Counted from the stretch's first letter, positions 10,284 to 20,787 are shown. The stretch is 48,416 bases of DNA from Candidatus Hydrogenedentota bacterium (GCA_045863335.1 BTVY01000051.1:1-48416), one strand, 5' to 3'. The notes: generated from the letters alone by a model not told the origin. Program-made: numbers and translations.

Positions 10284-11108
10284 ATGGCATCCATTGCGTG
10301 GGTCGAAGCCGGCCAATACACCGACATCAAGTATCACAAGGCGGAGGGCATCGCCAAGATCACCATCAACCGGCCGCAGGTGCGAAACGCCTTTCGCCCG
10401 CTCACGGTCGACGAGATGCAGGACGCCCTGCGCGACGCGCGCTTCGACAGCGAAATAGGCGTCATCATTCTCACGGGCGAAGGCGAAAAGGCTTTCTGCT
10501 CCGGCGGCGACCAGAAGATCCGCGGCGACGCCGGATACAAAGACGACGCCAAAGAAACGATGCGGCTGAACGTGCTGGATTTTCAGCGCCAGATGCGGAC
10601 CTGTCCCAAGCCGATTATTGCCATGGTCGCGGGATACGCCATCGGCGGCGGGCATATTCTCCACTTGGTCGCCGATCTCACCATCGCCGCCGACAACGCC
10701 GTCTTCGGGCAAACCGGTCCCAAGGTCGGATCCTTTGACGGCGGATACGGCGCGAGCTACATGGCCCGCATCGTGGGCCAGAAGAAGGCCCGCGAAATCT
10801 GGTTTCTCTGCCGGCAATACAACGCGCAACAGGCGCTCGAAATGGGCCTCGTCAACACCGTCGTGCCCTACGAGCGGCTTGAAGAGGAAACGGTGCAATG
10901 GTGCCGCGAGATCCTCGCTAATTCGCCCATGGCGATTCGCTGCCTGAAAGCCGCCCTGAACGCCGATTGCGACGGGCAAGCGGGTCTTCAGGAACTCGCC
11001 GGCAATGCGACCATGCTCTTCTACATGACCGAAGAAGGCCAGGAAGGCCGCAACGCCTTCAATGAAAAGCGGAAGCCCGATTTCAACAAGTTCAAACGAT
11101 TCCCCTGA
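10284..11108 (+). CDS. menB: 1,4-dihydroxy-2-naphthoyl-CoA synthase
   Basis: [29 protein letters not shown] and [16 protein letters not shown] motifs. Confidence 0.98.
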   Translation: MASIAWVEAGQYTDIKYHKAEGIAKITINRPQVRNAFRPLTVDEMQDALRDARFDSEIGVIILTGEGEKAFCSGGDQKIRGDAGYKDDAKETMRLNVLDFQRQMRTCPKPIIAMVAGYAIGGGHILHLVADLTIAADNAVFGQTGPKVGSFDGGYGASYMARIVGQKKAREIWFLCRQYNAQQALEMGLVNTVVPYERLEEETVQWCREILANSPMAIRCLKAALNADCDGQAGLQELAGNATMLFYMTEEGQEGRNAFNEKRKPDFNKFKRFP

Positions 11109-11174
11109 TCGCCAGGTTCTTATACAGCTTTCCGCAAGTAAGGGTACATTTTCATATGGCAGTCGGTCCCCAAA

Positions 11175-11334
11175 AAACATCCCCCTTGATCCCCCTTCAA
11201 AGGGGGAACCCGCCGCAACGCTTTGCGTTGCGCCGGCACTGCCAGAGACTTTGGATAGGGGAACGCACTACAACGGTTACCCAAAACAAGAATTAGGCGA
11301 TTCCCCCTTTGAAGGGGGATCAAGGGGGATGTTT
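11175..11334. repeat. MITE/REPIN-like element with 34-bp perfect terminal inverted repeats (copy 1)
   Basis: AAACATCCCCCTTGATCCCCCTTCAAAGGGGGAA at 11175-11208 and its reverse complement at 11301-11334; internal hairpin CGCAACGC-TTT-GCGTTGCG. Confidence 0.85.
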
Positions 11335-11419
11335 CTTGAAGAAGGGTAGACATCCAGTGTGCCCTTTATTGCGTTGACGTGTACTGAGTTTGACAAGGCG
11401 TAACCGAATCCAGCAACAC

Positions 11420-12307
11420 ATGACTGAATCACGCATCAAGATTTGGGCACTGGCGGCCCGGCCCAAAACCCTCTGGGCGGCGGTGGGACCGGTCATTATC
11501 GGTACCGCCATGGCCTATGGCCGCGGCCAGGTGGACTGGCTTTCGTTGCTTTGCGCGCTCGTCGGCGCCGTCCTGATTCAGATCGGCACCAACCTCGCCA
11601 ACGATTACTTCGATTTCGTCAAGGGCACCGACACCCACGAACGAATCGGCCCCACCCGCGCCACGCAGGCCGGCCTCATTTCGCCCGAGGCGATGCGCCG
11701 CGCCTATATCATTGCCTTCGGCCTGGCGCTCGTCCCCGGCGCGTACATCATCTGGCGCGGAGGCTGGCCCTTCCTCACGATCGGCGTCATCTCCATCATC
11801 TGCGGAATCCTCTACACGGGCGGACCTTTCCCCCTGGGATACCTCGGTCTCGGCGACGTCTTCGTGCTCGTATTCTTTGGTCCCATCGCGGTTGGCGGCA
11901 CCTACTATCTGCACACGCTGTCCTTTGATTCCGCCGCGATCATCGCCGGCTTGGCGCCCGGACTCCTCAGCGTCGCCATTCTCGCCGTCAACAACATGCG
12001 CGACATCGAAGAAGATCGCCGCGCCGGAAAACGCACCTTGGCCGTACGATTCGGCCGCCGGTTCGCGCGTTTCGAGTACCTGGTTTGTATCCTGGTGGCC
12101 GCCTTCGTCATTCCCCTCTACTTCTACGCCACCGCCGACAACCGCTTGTTCGCACTCGTGCCCCTGCTCATCGTCACCGCCGCCACGCCCGCTATCAAGA
12201 CCGTCTTTGTGTCCACAGACGGTGAGGCGCTGAACGGCGTGCTCGCGAAGACAGGAAAACTGCTGCTTGCCTTCAGCATCCTGTTCTCCTTGGGGTGGGT
12301 GCTGTGA
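11420..12307 (+). CDS. menA: 1,4-dihydroxy-2-naphthoate polyprenyltransferase
   Basis: [30 protein letters not shown] and NNMRDIEED...[10 protein letters not shown] motifs; multiple TM segments. Confidence 0.97.
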   Translation: MTESRIKIWALAARPKTLWAAVGPVIIGTAMAYGRGQVDWLSLLCALVGAVLIQIGTNLANDYFDFVKGTDTHERIGPTRATQAGLISPEAMRRAYIIAFGLALVPGAYIIWRGGWPFLTIGVISIICGILYTGGPFPLGYLGLGDVFVLVFFGPIAVGGTYYLHTLSFDSAAIIAGLAPGLLSVAILAVNNMRDIEEDRRAGKRTLAVRFGRRFARFEYLVCILVAAFVIPLYFYATADNRLFALVPLLIVTAATPAIKTVFVSTDGEALNGVLAKTGKLLLAFSILFSLGWVL

Positions 12308-13461
12308 GCGGGGCCACTGCCACGTTTTACCGCTATCAACTTCCCCTGGCCAAGCCGTTTGTTCTCCGGCAACAAAGCTTGTGTGAGCGCATCGGTTTGC
12401 TCGTACGGCTTCGTACCCCCGCAGGCGCCACGGCCTGGGGTGAAATCGCCCCTTTACCCGTATTCAGCCGCGAGGCGCTTGACGAGGCCCTGCGCCAGGC
12501 GCTGGACGTGGCGGCCGTCCTGGTGCGGCGCGATTTGGATCAAGCCGATCCCCACTTAATCGGGTTGCGCCGGCAGGAGAACATTTACGGGTCCGTTCGG
12601 TTCGGACTCGAATCCGCGCTCGCCGGATTGCAGGCGGTACACGCCGGAACCCATCCCGCGACGCTTCTCGCAGAGACGCCGCCGAAATCGGTCCACGCCA
12701 ACGCGCTGCTGACCGGCGTCGGCTCCGAGGTCATCGACGAAGCGCTCGCCCTTGCGGAACGCGGCTACACCGCCATCAAACTTAAAGTCGGGCGTATGAC
12801 CATCCGGGACGAAGCCGCCACCGTACGCGACCTTCGTGCCGAATTGCCGCCGCAGATCGCCATCCGCCTCGACGCAAATCGCGCCTGGAGTTTCGACGAT
12901 GTCCGCGCATTCGCCTCGGCGGCGAAACCTGAATCCTTCGCGTACGTCGAAGAGCCACTATCCAACCCAGGGCAACTTCCCGAACTGGCCGCGCAATCCG
13001 GCATCGCTTACGCCGTCGACGAGACCCTGCACGACCTCGGATGGCGGATCGCCGCATCTTTGAGGGAACACGGGGAAGATGCCATGGACCATTACCCGTC
13101 ATTTCCCGACTCGTCGTTGGACCATGCGGCGCTCGGCGCTGCAGCCTGGATCGTGAAACCCACCCTGCTCGGTGCGCCGTTGGACTTCTTTGCTGACGCC
13201 GCGCCACGCGGTGGTTATGGCGGACCAGTCGTGGTAAGCTCGTCATTTGAATCGGGCCTCGGATTGGCCATGCTCGCGCAACTCGCCGCGACGGCCAATC
13301 GTGATACGATTGAGGCGGGGTTGGATACGCAACGGTGGTTCGCGGCCGATACGCTGGAGGAGGACTTGCTCAACGTGGACGGAACCTGCGACCTTCAACG
13401 CGCTTGGGAGTTGGCGCAGCATCCGCGCATGGACCGGCTCGAGGAGATCGCCCATGTCTGA
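12304..13461 (+). CDS. menC: o-succinylbenzoate synthase
   Basis: GEIAPLPVFS, KLKVG, RLDANRAW, YVEEP, AVDET and KPTLLG motifs; GTGA overlap with menA. Confidence 0.92.
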   Translation: MSGATATFYRYQLPLAKPFVLRQQSLCERIGLLVRLRTPAGATAWGEIAPLPVFSREALDEALRQALDVAAVLVRRDLDQADPHLIGLRRQENIYGSVRFGLESALAGLQAVHAGTHPATLLAETPPKSVHANALLTGVGSEVIDEALALAERGYTAIKLKVGRMTIRDEAATVRDLRAELPPQIAIRLDANRAWSFDDVRAFASAAKPESFAYVEEPLSNPGQLPELAAQSGIAYAVDETLHDLGWRIAASLREHGEDAMDHYPSFPDSSLDHAALGAAAWIVKPTLLGAPLDFFADAAPRGGYGGPVVVSSSFESGLGLAMLAQLAATANRDTIEAGLDTQRWFAADTLEEDLLNVDGTCDLQRAWELAQHPRMDRLEEIAHV

Positions 13462-14896
13462 GCGCTCCTGGCCACTAGCAGTTCCCGCGAGTCACATCAG
13501 TGATGCGCCCGCGATCGTTTGTTCCGATGGTGTCACTACATTCAGTGAATATGCGGAGCACGTCGAGCGGATCGCGGGTGTCTTTCACCGATCCGGCATT
13601 CGCCCCGGCGATCGCATCGCCATTCTCTCGCTTCCTTCCGTCGATTACCCGAAGCTCATCATGGGGTGTTTTCATGCCGGCGCCGTCGCATGTCCGCTCA
13701 ATACCCGCGTGCCGAGACAAAGCCTCGCGGACTTCTGCCAACGTCTCGACGTCAAGGCGCTTTGTGTCGACGAAGCCTTTTCCGACGTGAGTTTCGACGG
13801 AATTCCAACGTTGGAGGCGACGGAGATTCTTGATGCGTCCCCCACGGAACCCGCGCCGCACCTCGTCGATCCTCGCCAGCCCGCCGTGATTCTTTCCACA
13901 TCCGGCAGCTCGGGAGATCCCAAGTCCGCGCTTCACACACTCGGAAGTCTCAGCCAAAACGCCTTCGCCTCGAACCGGAATCTGCCTTTGCAGTCCGGCG
14001 ACCGTTGGCTGTTGTCATTGCCATTGTTTCACGTTTCCGGCCTGGGCATTGTATTCCGTTGTCTCTGGAGCGGGGCGGCCATCGTCGTGCGGAAGCCCGA
14101 GGAAACCCTGGAGGATTTGATTCTTCAGCACGATGTCACCCACGTGTCTCTCGTAGCCACGCAGCTTTTCCGGCTGTTACAGACCCAGAAAGGCATGGAA
14201 GCGCTCGGGAAGCTGAAAGCAATCCTCGTCGGCGGCAGCGCCATTCCTGCATCGGTCATCGGTGAGGCCTACGTGCGAAAACTCCCCGTTTGCACGACGT
14301 ACGGCTTGACGGAAACGGGGTCCCAGGTAACGGCGACCCGCCCCGGTGATCCCCTTCGCACGCTGCAGACTTCTGGCCGGCCGCTACTGCCCGATACCGT
14401 CGCGATTTCTCCGGACGGAGAAATCCTGGTACGCGGCGCTACACTGTTCCAGGGATACGTCGACGGAGGAAAGGCCGAACTTCCACTAACGCCCGAGGGC
14501 TGGTTTGCCACCGGCGATCTCGGCGAGTTCGACGCCGCAGGCAACTTGCGCGTGCTTGGCCGCCGCGACAACATGTTCATCTCCGGCGGAGAGAACATTC
14601 AGCCGGAAGAAGTCGAGCGCTGGCTCTGCCGCTTGGAAGGTGTGGTCGAAGCGGTCGTGGTTCCCGTTCTGAACGCGGAGTTCGGCGCACGACCCGTGGC
14701 GTTTGTGCGTGTCGCGCAAAAGGAGCTTATGCAGCCTATCCGCTTTCAGCTTTTCCTGGAGGAAAACATCCCCGGATACAAAGTTCCGGACATCTTTCTG
14801 CCGTGGCCTGACGAGCGCGACGAACACGGCATGAAGATCGACCGCGAACACCTCCGTGAACTCGCCGAACTCCATCAACAAACCGAAGAAGTCTAA
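13454..14896 (+). CDS. menE: o-succinylbenzoate-CoA ligase
   Basis: TSGSSGDPK, LSLPLFHVSG, YGLTETGSQ, FATGDLG, GRRDNMFISGGENIQPEE and EFGARPVA motifs. Confidence 0.95.
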   Translation: MSERSWPLAVPASHISDAPAIVCSDGVTTFSEYAEHVERIAGVFHRSGIRPGDRIAILSLPSVDYPKLIMGCFHAGAVACPLNTRVPRQSLADFCQRLDVKALCVDEAFSDVSFDGIPTLEATEILDASPTEPAPHLVDPRQPAVILSTSGSSGDPKSALHTLGSLSQNAFASNRNLPLQSGDRWLLSLPLFHVSGLGIVFRCLWSGAAIVVRKPEETLEDLILQHDVTHVSLVATQLFRLLQTQKGMEALGKLKAILVGGSAIPASVIGEAYVRKLPVCTTYGLTETGSQVTATRPGDPLRTLQTSGRPLLPDTVAISPDGEILVRGATLFQGYVDGGKAELPLTPEGWFATGDLGEFDAAGNLRVLGRRDNMFISGGENIQPEEVERWLCRLEGVVEAVVVPVLNAEFGARPVAFVRVAQKELMQPIRFQLFLEENIPGYKVPDIFLPWPDERDEHGMKIDREHLRELAELHQQTEEV

Positions 14897-14900
14897 GACC

Positions 14901-15070
14901 GAAGAACATCCCCCTCGATCCCCCTTCAAAGGGGGAGTCTACGCAACGCAGAGCGTTGCGAAGTGCCTGCAATTCGCTACCGCCGCGCGTGATCGAACGC
15001 ACGGAAAAACCCCAGCGATTCCAAGTTTCCCATTTCCCCCTTTGAAGGGGGATCAAGGGGGATGTTCTTC
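14901..15070. repeat. MITE/REPIN-like element, same terminal inverted repeat family (copy 2)
   Basis: GAAGAACATCCCCCTCGATCCCCCTTCAAAGGGGGA at 14901-14936 and an inverted arm at 15035-15070; hairpin CGCAACGC-AGA-GCGTTGCG; lies between convergent genes. Confidence 0.85.
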
Positions 15071-15085
15071 CGCGTAAATCCGAGC

Positions 15086-16366
15086 TTATCCGCGCCCCAA
15101 GAATCCCCAGAAGTTCTCGCTGAGCAATTGGGCCGCGTCGCGCCGGATCTCCTCCTCCGTCAGCGTCCAGCCCGCCGCGAGCAGGTCGGCGTACTTGTCA
15201 CCCAACACCTCCGCAATGATCCTGCGCGAATGGTCCCACTTGTAAAGCACCTGTTCGAGCACGCGCGCGTCGGAATGCTGCGGCACAACGCTCGTCCCCA
15301 GCAATTCGAACCGCATGCGCGTCATCTCCTCGATGAGACTCGGATTGTTCAGGAACCACCAGCATCCGAACAGGAACAGGTTCGGAAACTTCCGCGCCGT
15401 CACACACAACTCGTGCTGGTTCTCCCGAGACAGGAACGTGGCCATGAACTTGTTATCCGGATACGCCGCGCACAGCCGTTCCAATGCCCCAACGTCTGCT
15501 TTGGCGACGCCGTCGCCCGCTAGTTTTAGCGCCGGATTGACGCTGCGTTTGACGCCAATCATCGTCGCGAAGGGGAGGCCACATTCCCGAGCGGCAGGCA
15601 CGATACACTGGTCGATGATTTTTCCCCGTACCGAATCCTCTGGATATGCGAAATCCGGCGGCAGCGAAACTGCCATGTAAAGCGCGTCCATCCGCTTGAT
15701 CTGGTCCGTGAGAAAGCGGCGCACCTCCTGAACTGTCTTCGGTTGAAGGGAGGGCTCTACCTCGTAGCCCCATTCCTGGAGTCGCTGATGCGCGTTGCTC
15801 CAATCATTCAACAGGGGGTCGATGCGGAGGGCCGCGTGAAACCGCGGATCACCTCGATACCCACTTTCCCAGACCGGGCGCTCGAGTGGGTCGAAGGGAT
15901 CGTTCGTCATCACGACGCTCGTGAGGTTGGCGCGTTCGAACACGCGGTCGATGTGACTCGACGGCTCGGCGTCCTTGAAGTACGTGCGGAACCCTTCGAG
16001 ATCCCGCGAGGCAACATCCAACCCGAGTTTATCAAGCGCGGTAAGCACGCCCCGGCACGCTTCGCTATACGGCGTTCGCTTGACGAACAACTCATTCCAG
16101 ATGAGGTTGGCCTGCTCTTGCTTTGACAGCTTCCAGTACGCGTCGTACGGCATCCGCGTCGCGCGCATCACTTCCGCGATGAGGTAGTGATACGTGAGCA
16201 GTTCATCCAGGCCGAACAACAACAATTCGCCAAAAGGCGGCGCGTAGAGATGCGTATGCAGATCTGTGACCGGCGTTTCCGCCACAACGCAGGCTACCGC
16301 CTCCCGCATCCGGGCCGCGTCGTGCCGTCCAAAAGTTTGGGTGTTCGCGTGGGTGCTGGTTGCCAT
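15086..16366 (-). CDS. uxaC: Glucuronate (uronate) isomerase, divergent Bacillus halodurans-like type
   Basis: TDLHTHL, DELLTYHYLIAE, SEACRGV, VMTNDPFD, FGCWWFLNNP and QHSDARVLEQ..YKW motifs. Confidence 0.88.
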   Translation of the reverse strand: MATSTHANTQTFGRHDAARMREAVACVVAETPVTDLHTHLYAPPFGELLLFGLDELLTYHYLIAEVMRATRMPYDAYWKLSKQEQANLIWNELFVKRTPYSEACRGVLTALDKLGLDVASRDLEGFRTYFKDAEPSSHIDRVFERANLTSVVMTNDPFDPLERPVWESGYRGDPRFHAALRIDPLLNDWSNAHQRLQEWGYEVEPSLQPKTVQEVRRFLTDQIKRMDALYMAVSLPPDFAYPEDSVRGKIIDQCIVPAARECGLPFATMIGVKRSVNPALKLAGDGVAKADVGALERLCAAYPDNKFMATFLSRENQHELCVTARKFPNLFLFGCWWFLNNPSLIEEMTRMRFELLGTSVVPQHSDARVLEQVLYKWDHSRRIIAEVLGDKYADLLAAGWTLTEEEIRRDAAQLLSENFWGFLGRG

Positions 16367-16390
16367 GATTATTCACCTCTTGGATCGCGC

Positions 16391-16610
16391 CGTCATTCTG
16401 AGCGAAGGACCACGTCACCCGCTATTGTCGAAATCGCTATCGCTATCGGGATCGGTATCGAGTGGGAAGCGAAAATCGATTTCGATCCCGATACCGATCC
16501 CGATAGCGACAAACGATACAAAGCAACTTGCGGACCATGTTCTTAGCAGCGCCAGCGAAGAATCTCTAGTCGTCCAAGACCGAGATTCTTCGCTGGCAAT
16601 CAGAATGACG
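16391..16610. repeat. Composite REP-like element (CGTCATTCTG...CAGAATGACG) with a nested hexamer hairpin
   Basis: Terminal inverted repeat; inner CCAGCGAAGAATCTC/GAGATTCTTCGCTGG hairpin; CGATxx hexamer arms around AGTGGGAAGCGAAAA; related to 29882-30133. Confidence 0.85.
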
Positions 16611-16626
16611 ATATAAAGGTTCTTCG

Positions 16627-18216
16627 TTAGCCCAGCTTCTTGCGTGCGTCGCCGGCCACTCGCGTCGGGATGCCGAGATGCATGCACGTGCTGACCAGTT
16701 CCTGCAAGATATCGCCATAGCCAATCGTGATGTGGTTCGACATGTGCGAAGCCATGCACTGGTCACGGTCGTAACCCGGGATGTGCACGTTCGCGATCGG
16801 CCACACTTTGCAGGTGCGGTTGAGGCGATCCTGCACTTCCGAATCCGGCATGGCGAGCACTTCGCCCGTGCCGCAGTCCATACCCAACTGGCCAAAGTGC
16901 TCGTAGCAGCGGGCCCACGTGATCACTCCCGGTTTCGATACGCCGGAGCACGTGCCGCCGCCTTTCGGGAAGTACATGGGCGGTTGCCGGTAGACCTTCG
17001 TCTTGTCCCAGCCGCCAAAGTGTGCGGGCGGCGCGCCACCGGAGATAAGGAACACCCACGCAAACTTGCCCTGCCACTCGCGGCCCCAGCGCACATCGTG
17101 GAGCGTCGTTTCCGGCGCCATCTTCTTGCGCTGGTAGATTTCGTTCATCAGCATCTGCGGAATACCGGAGCCCAAATCGCCCTCGTTGAAGTGGGGGAGC
17201 GGCTTCCCCTTTTCGACGACCTTTTTGGTCTCCATGCTGACGATGTCCGGGCGGTCGGCATTGTTCAGCATGCCTTCAACCAAGTCGGATGCGGGCACTT
17301 GTCGCATCAGGCCAAGCTGATAGGGGATGCCGATAGCCGAAAGCCCGTACCGCTCATACATGCGTCCCGCGGCCACGTACATCTTCATCTGGCTCAACAC
17401 CTGCCCGTGGACGAGGTGCTCGAAGGTGTCGTAGCCCCAGTCGAACCACGTTTTCTTCTTGACAAGCCAGTTCAGCAACTTCTGGGCTTCCTCGTCGGAG
17501 ACCAGGTCCATCTCCGCGAGCAGGTCCGACTGGTTCAGATACTCGATCGGCATTCCGATCGCGCCCACCTTGCCCGGATCGAGCACGGCGTTCAGCATGC
17601 CCATGCACCCCGGATCGAACTGCCCCATGACCCGGCGATTCTTGAGAATGTCCTTGGAGAACGTCTCGCCAAACTTCTGCGCGGCGGACGACAACTTGAG
17701 TTTGTTGGCGTCGGTCACATGCGACGTGTTGTGGTTGATCACGCCCGTCTTGACCCAGGTCTGGAGTTGTTTCATGAACGCTTCGTCCTTGACGAAGGTT
17801 TCGCTCCAGATGCGCGAGTGCTTCACGCCCAGGCGCGCCAGCGTGCCAGCGTGGTTCAGCAGGGCGACCAGCCCCGGCCACGTACCGTCAAAGTTCGCCA
17901 GCAGCAGAATCGGCCCGCGGTGCGTCTGCAGCGCGCCCGATACGTGCGTCGAATAGGCCCAGCAACTGAGCACGATCACCACCGGCGCATCCGGCTCGAT
18001 GGTCGAGAACAGGTCTGTGCCGGCGCACTGCCGGTTCAGGAATCCGTGCTTCTTCTTGGAATCGAACTTCGGCAGGACTTCCGTCTTCACCCCCAGCTTT
18101 GTGAACGCCGCCTTTACCGACTTCAAGGTCGCTTCCTGCATCGGCCAGCAGACCAAATTCGCCGAATCGCGAAAGTCGCCGTTTGAAATGAGATATACCT
18201 TCTTCTCTTTCGCCAT
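16627..18216 (-). CDS. L-fucose/L-arabinose isomerase-like family protein
   Basis: NGDFRDSANLVCWP, ANFDGTWPGLVALLN, PHFNEGD, ETTLHDVRWG and LISGGAPPAH motifs; start MAKEKK after an AGAGGG RBS. Confidence 0.75.
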   Translation of the reverse strand: MAKEKKVYLISNGDFRDSANLVCWPMQEATLKSVKAAFTKLGVKTEVLPKFDSKKKHGFLNRQCAGTDLFSTIEPDAPVVIVLSCWAYSTHVSGALQTHRGPILLLANFDGTWPGLVALLNHAGTLARLGVKHSRIWSETFVKDEAFMKQLQTWVKTGVINHNTSHVTDANKLKLSSAAQKFGETFSKDILKNRRVMGQFDPGCMGMLNAVLDPGKVGAIGMPIEYLNQSDLLAEMDLVSDEEAQKLLNWLVKKKTWFDWGYDTFEHLVHGQVLSQMKMYVAAGRMYERYGLSAIGIPYQLGLMRQVPASDLVEGMLNNADRPDIVSMETKKVVEKGKPLPHFNEGDLGSGIPQMLMNEIYQRKKMAPETTLHDVRWGREWQGKFAWVFLISGGAPPAHFGGWDKTKVYRQPPMYFPKGGGTCSGVSKPGVITWARCYEHFGQLGMDCGTGEVLAMPDSEVQDRLNRTCKVWPIANVHIPGYDRDQCMASHMSNHITIGYGDILQELVSTCMHLGIPTRVAGDARKKLG

Positions 18217-18395
18217 GGTCCCCATCCCTCTTGGTTTTCCCCCTGGCCCGCGCGTACGTAGATATGAATACAGGCTCCGCGCCAGACGGGTCGCTCCATT
18301 TTGGAATCTGCGGCGGAAAATATCAAGCATCCCGCCACAAGGCTTCCCGGAGCTTAACATTGTCTCAAGCCCCGACTTCTGCCAAAATACCCGCC

Positions 18396-19337
18396 ATGCG
18401 ATACGCACGCGTTCTTGAGATTATTCTGGGTGCCGTATTTGTTCTGTCGGCGGCGTCAAAGGCGATCGCCCCATACGATTTTGCGGAGCAGGTGTCCTAC
18501 TACGGCGTCGTCACCGAGCCCAGCCTCGTCCAGCCCCTGGCCTACTTCATGATCTTCCTGGAGTCGGTTTTTGGCGTTTGCCTTCTCGGCGGGTTTCGGT
18601 TCCGGGGCGCGACGTTCTGGGCAACGGTTGCCCTATTAGCCGGGTTTTCCGGTCTGATTCTTTACGCATGGACCTATCGCGGGCTTGAGGACTGCGGCTG
18701 CTTCGGCAAGGTCATCCAGATGGGACCGAAGGCGTCCCTCGCGAAAAACGTGGTTCTTGCGGCGCTGGCGATTGGCGCCTGGTACGGATTCCGCAAGCGC
18801 GAACCGTCGGATACGGCGGCGAAGGGACGGATCGGCTACTTGCTCGCAACGGTCGGCATCGCCGTGGTTATCGTGGCCGCGGCCTTTTCCGAACCCCCAC
18901 CAGAAGTGAAGAAATCCGAAACCCCCTTCGGAAAATTCGTCTTCACGAGTGATATGGAAGAGGAGATCGACCTCGGCGCGGGCGAGTACTTCGTCGCCAT
19001 GCTGAGCGCAACCTGCGAACACTGTCAGGCGGTCAGCCCGACGTTGAACGAACTCATGTTCATGCCCGGCGTGCCCACAACGGTCAGTTTGCTGCTGGCG
19101 GAGAGTCCGGACGAGTTGAACGAATTCAATGCCATCGCCCAACCCATGTTCATCATCCATCCGATCCCCGGCCTGGAATGGGTTCACCTGACCGGAAAGG
19201 AACCGCCGCGGTTCTATGTCGTCCGCGACGGCCAACCCATCCGCCACCTGGACGCCCTCGAACCCACGCTCGAAGACCTGTATGACTTCGTCACGCAAGA
19301 TTCCGGCACGACCGAAGCGGCCAACGACGCCGGCTAA
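18396..19337 (+). CDS. MauE/DoxX membrane protein with a C-terminal thioredoxin-like domain
   Basis: TM helices, DCGCFG motif, KN after the loop, then SATCEHC. Confidence 0.8.
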   Translation: MRYARVLEIILGAVFVLSAASKAIAPYDFAEQVSYYGVVTEPSLVQPLAYFMIFLESVFGVCLLGGFRFRGATFWATVALLAGFSGLILYAWTYRGLEDCGCFGKVIQMGPKASLAKNVVLAALAIGAWYGFRKREPSDTAAKGRIGYLLATVGIAVVIVAAAFSEPPPEVKKSETPFGKFVFTSDMEEEIDLGAGEYFVAMLSATCEHCQAVSPTLNELMFMPGVPTTVSLLLAESPDELNEFNAIAQPMFIIHPIPGLEWVHLTGKEPPRFYVVRDGQPIRHLDALEPTLEDLYDFVTQDSGTTEAANDAG

Positions 19338-19393
19338 TGTCCTGAACCTTAAGTCCCAGCTTTCAAGATTTCGAGAAAGGCATCTGCTCAAAG

Positions 19394-19425
19394 TCCCCCT
19401 TTGAAGGGGGATTTAGGGGGATGTT
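19394..19425. repeat. Solo arm of the TCCCCCTTTGAAGGGGGAT repeat family
   Basis: TCCCCCTTTGAAGGGGGATTTAGGGGGATGTT between convergent genes. Confidence 0.8.
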
Positions 19426-19471
19426 GCCTCAAAACATTCAAAATATACCGAGCGAACTTCTACTCGGTACA

Positions 19472-20656
19472 CTAAGACCAGCGCGTGAGCGGGTGGCTCC
19501 GCTCCTTGAGCGGCAGTTCTACCGTCTTGCCCGCGGTGTACGCCTCGAACACGCCCTGTGTCATCTCCAGTGCATTTCGTCCATCTTGCAGACTCACCGC
19601 CGGGAGACGATCCTCCTCGATGGACGCGATCAGGTCGTGGATGATCGGCGCGTACCGCTCCAGATGTTCGTTCTCCATGACCTGTTCCGGCGCGCCCGGC
19701 AGCGGTTCCCACTGTGCGCCGTTCGCGCCCGTCCATGACGGATCGCGCAGCATCAATACTTCAGGAATCACGTCCATCCGGACTGAAATCACGCCTTCCG
19801 CGCCGCAGATATCCAGGCCCCAGCGAGACCCGCTCACGTCGCGGCTCTTCATCGACGCGAAATACCCGGGAATCCCCTTCGCAAACCCATACGTCGCCTG
19901 GAGCCGGTTGCCCACGATGGGCCCCAGCGGTTCCGTCGCCTCCATCACATCCGACGGCGTCGCGGGATTGCCGTTCCACGTGATATCTGCGCTGCACCAC
20001 GTAGGCATGCCGAGCAGCCAGATCATGATGTCAAAGACATGGCAACCCAGCACAATGAGATCTTCGCCGCCCGCCCGGTTGTCTTCCTTGCCCCGGCCTC
20101 GGATCTCGAGCGGACTGCCGATAAGTTTGTCTTCGTAGATCGCCTTCTTCAGGTGCTGGATGATGTCGGTCACCCGGAAATTGAACGCGATGCTCCACTT
20201 CAGATTCTTCGCCTCGATGGCGCTAATCATCTCATCCGCCTCCGCAAGGTCCACGCAAAGCGGCTTTTCCATGAACCCATGCGCGCCAATCTCCGCGCAA
20301 GCCAGCAAGTATTCCTTATGATTGATCGTCCACCGCGGCGCGACGGCCACGAGATCCGGCTTCTCCTTCTCCAGCATCTCCCGCCAGTCGGCATACAGGT
20401 TTTGCGCGTTGGCTTCCTGGCCGTGCTTCGTGCGGCCCGCTTCGTCGGGGTCCGCCAGACCCACGACGTCCACATCGTCCCGGACGCCCCACACGCGATG
20501 GACGTCGTGCCCGTAGCCCCCATGTTCCGTATCGCCGATGATGCATGCCCGATACCGTTTGCCGCCTTCAGCCGCCAGGGCCGAACCGGCGGCGCCCGCC
20601 AGAATCGGCGCAGCAGCCAGAGAAGTCAGAAACGAACGTCTATCCAAATGTGCCAT
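19472..20656 (-). CDS. TAT-exported Gfo/Idh/MocA oxidoreductase
   Basis: DRRSFL twin-arginine signal; YADWREML, MEKPL and GGEDLIVLGCH motifs. Confidence 0.9.
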   Translation of the reverse strand: MAHLDRRSFLTSLAAAPILAGAAGSALAAEGGKRYRACIIGDTEHGGYGHDVHRVWGVRDDVDVVGLADPDEAGRTKHGQEANAQNLYADWREMLEKEKPDLVAVAPRWTINHKEYLLACAEIGAHGFMEKPLCVDLAEADEMISAIEAKNLKWSIAFNFRVTDIIQHLKKAIYEDKLIGSPLEIRGRGKEDNRAGGEDLIVLGCHVFDIMIWLLGMPTWCSADITWNGNPATPSDVMEATEPLGPIVGNRLQATYGFAKGIPGYFASMKSRDVSGSRWGLDICGAEGVISVRMDVIPEVLMLRDPSWTGANGAQWEPLPGAPEQVMENEHLERYAPIIHDLIASIEEDRLPAVSLQDGRNALEMTQGVFEAYTAGKTVELPLKERSHPLTRWS

Positions 20657-20787
20657 GGGATTGCTCCTTCGCGGCTGTGTGAAGCGGGTTGTGTGAAACT
20701 CGTCCGGCCAGAATACAACACGGTGCGCGGGCGAGTCCACGAATTCCCGTTCAATTCCGGGGAATTCCTTCCGGAGTCCGAATCCGG

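Noticed and set aside
13247-13453. Long N-terminal extensions in the ORF track (menE, menD, 27246, 34376, 23791, 20905, 18408)
   Set aside because: They overlap neighbouring genes or promoters; downstream starts fit RBS position, coupling or family length better.
11175-15070. Autonomous composite transposon carrying menACE
   Set aside because: No transposase and no clear target-site duplication; the genes belong to the contiguous pathway.
16678-18186. 502-aa plus-strand ORF
   Set aside because: Antisense to the isomerase-like gene; low-information composition.
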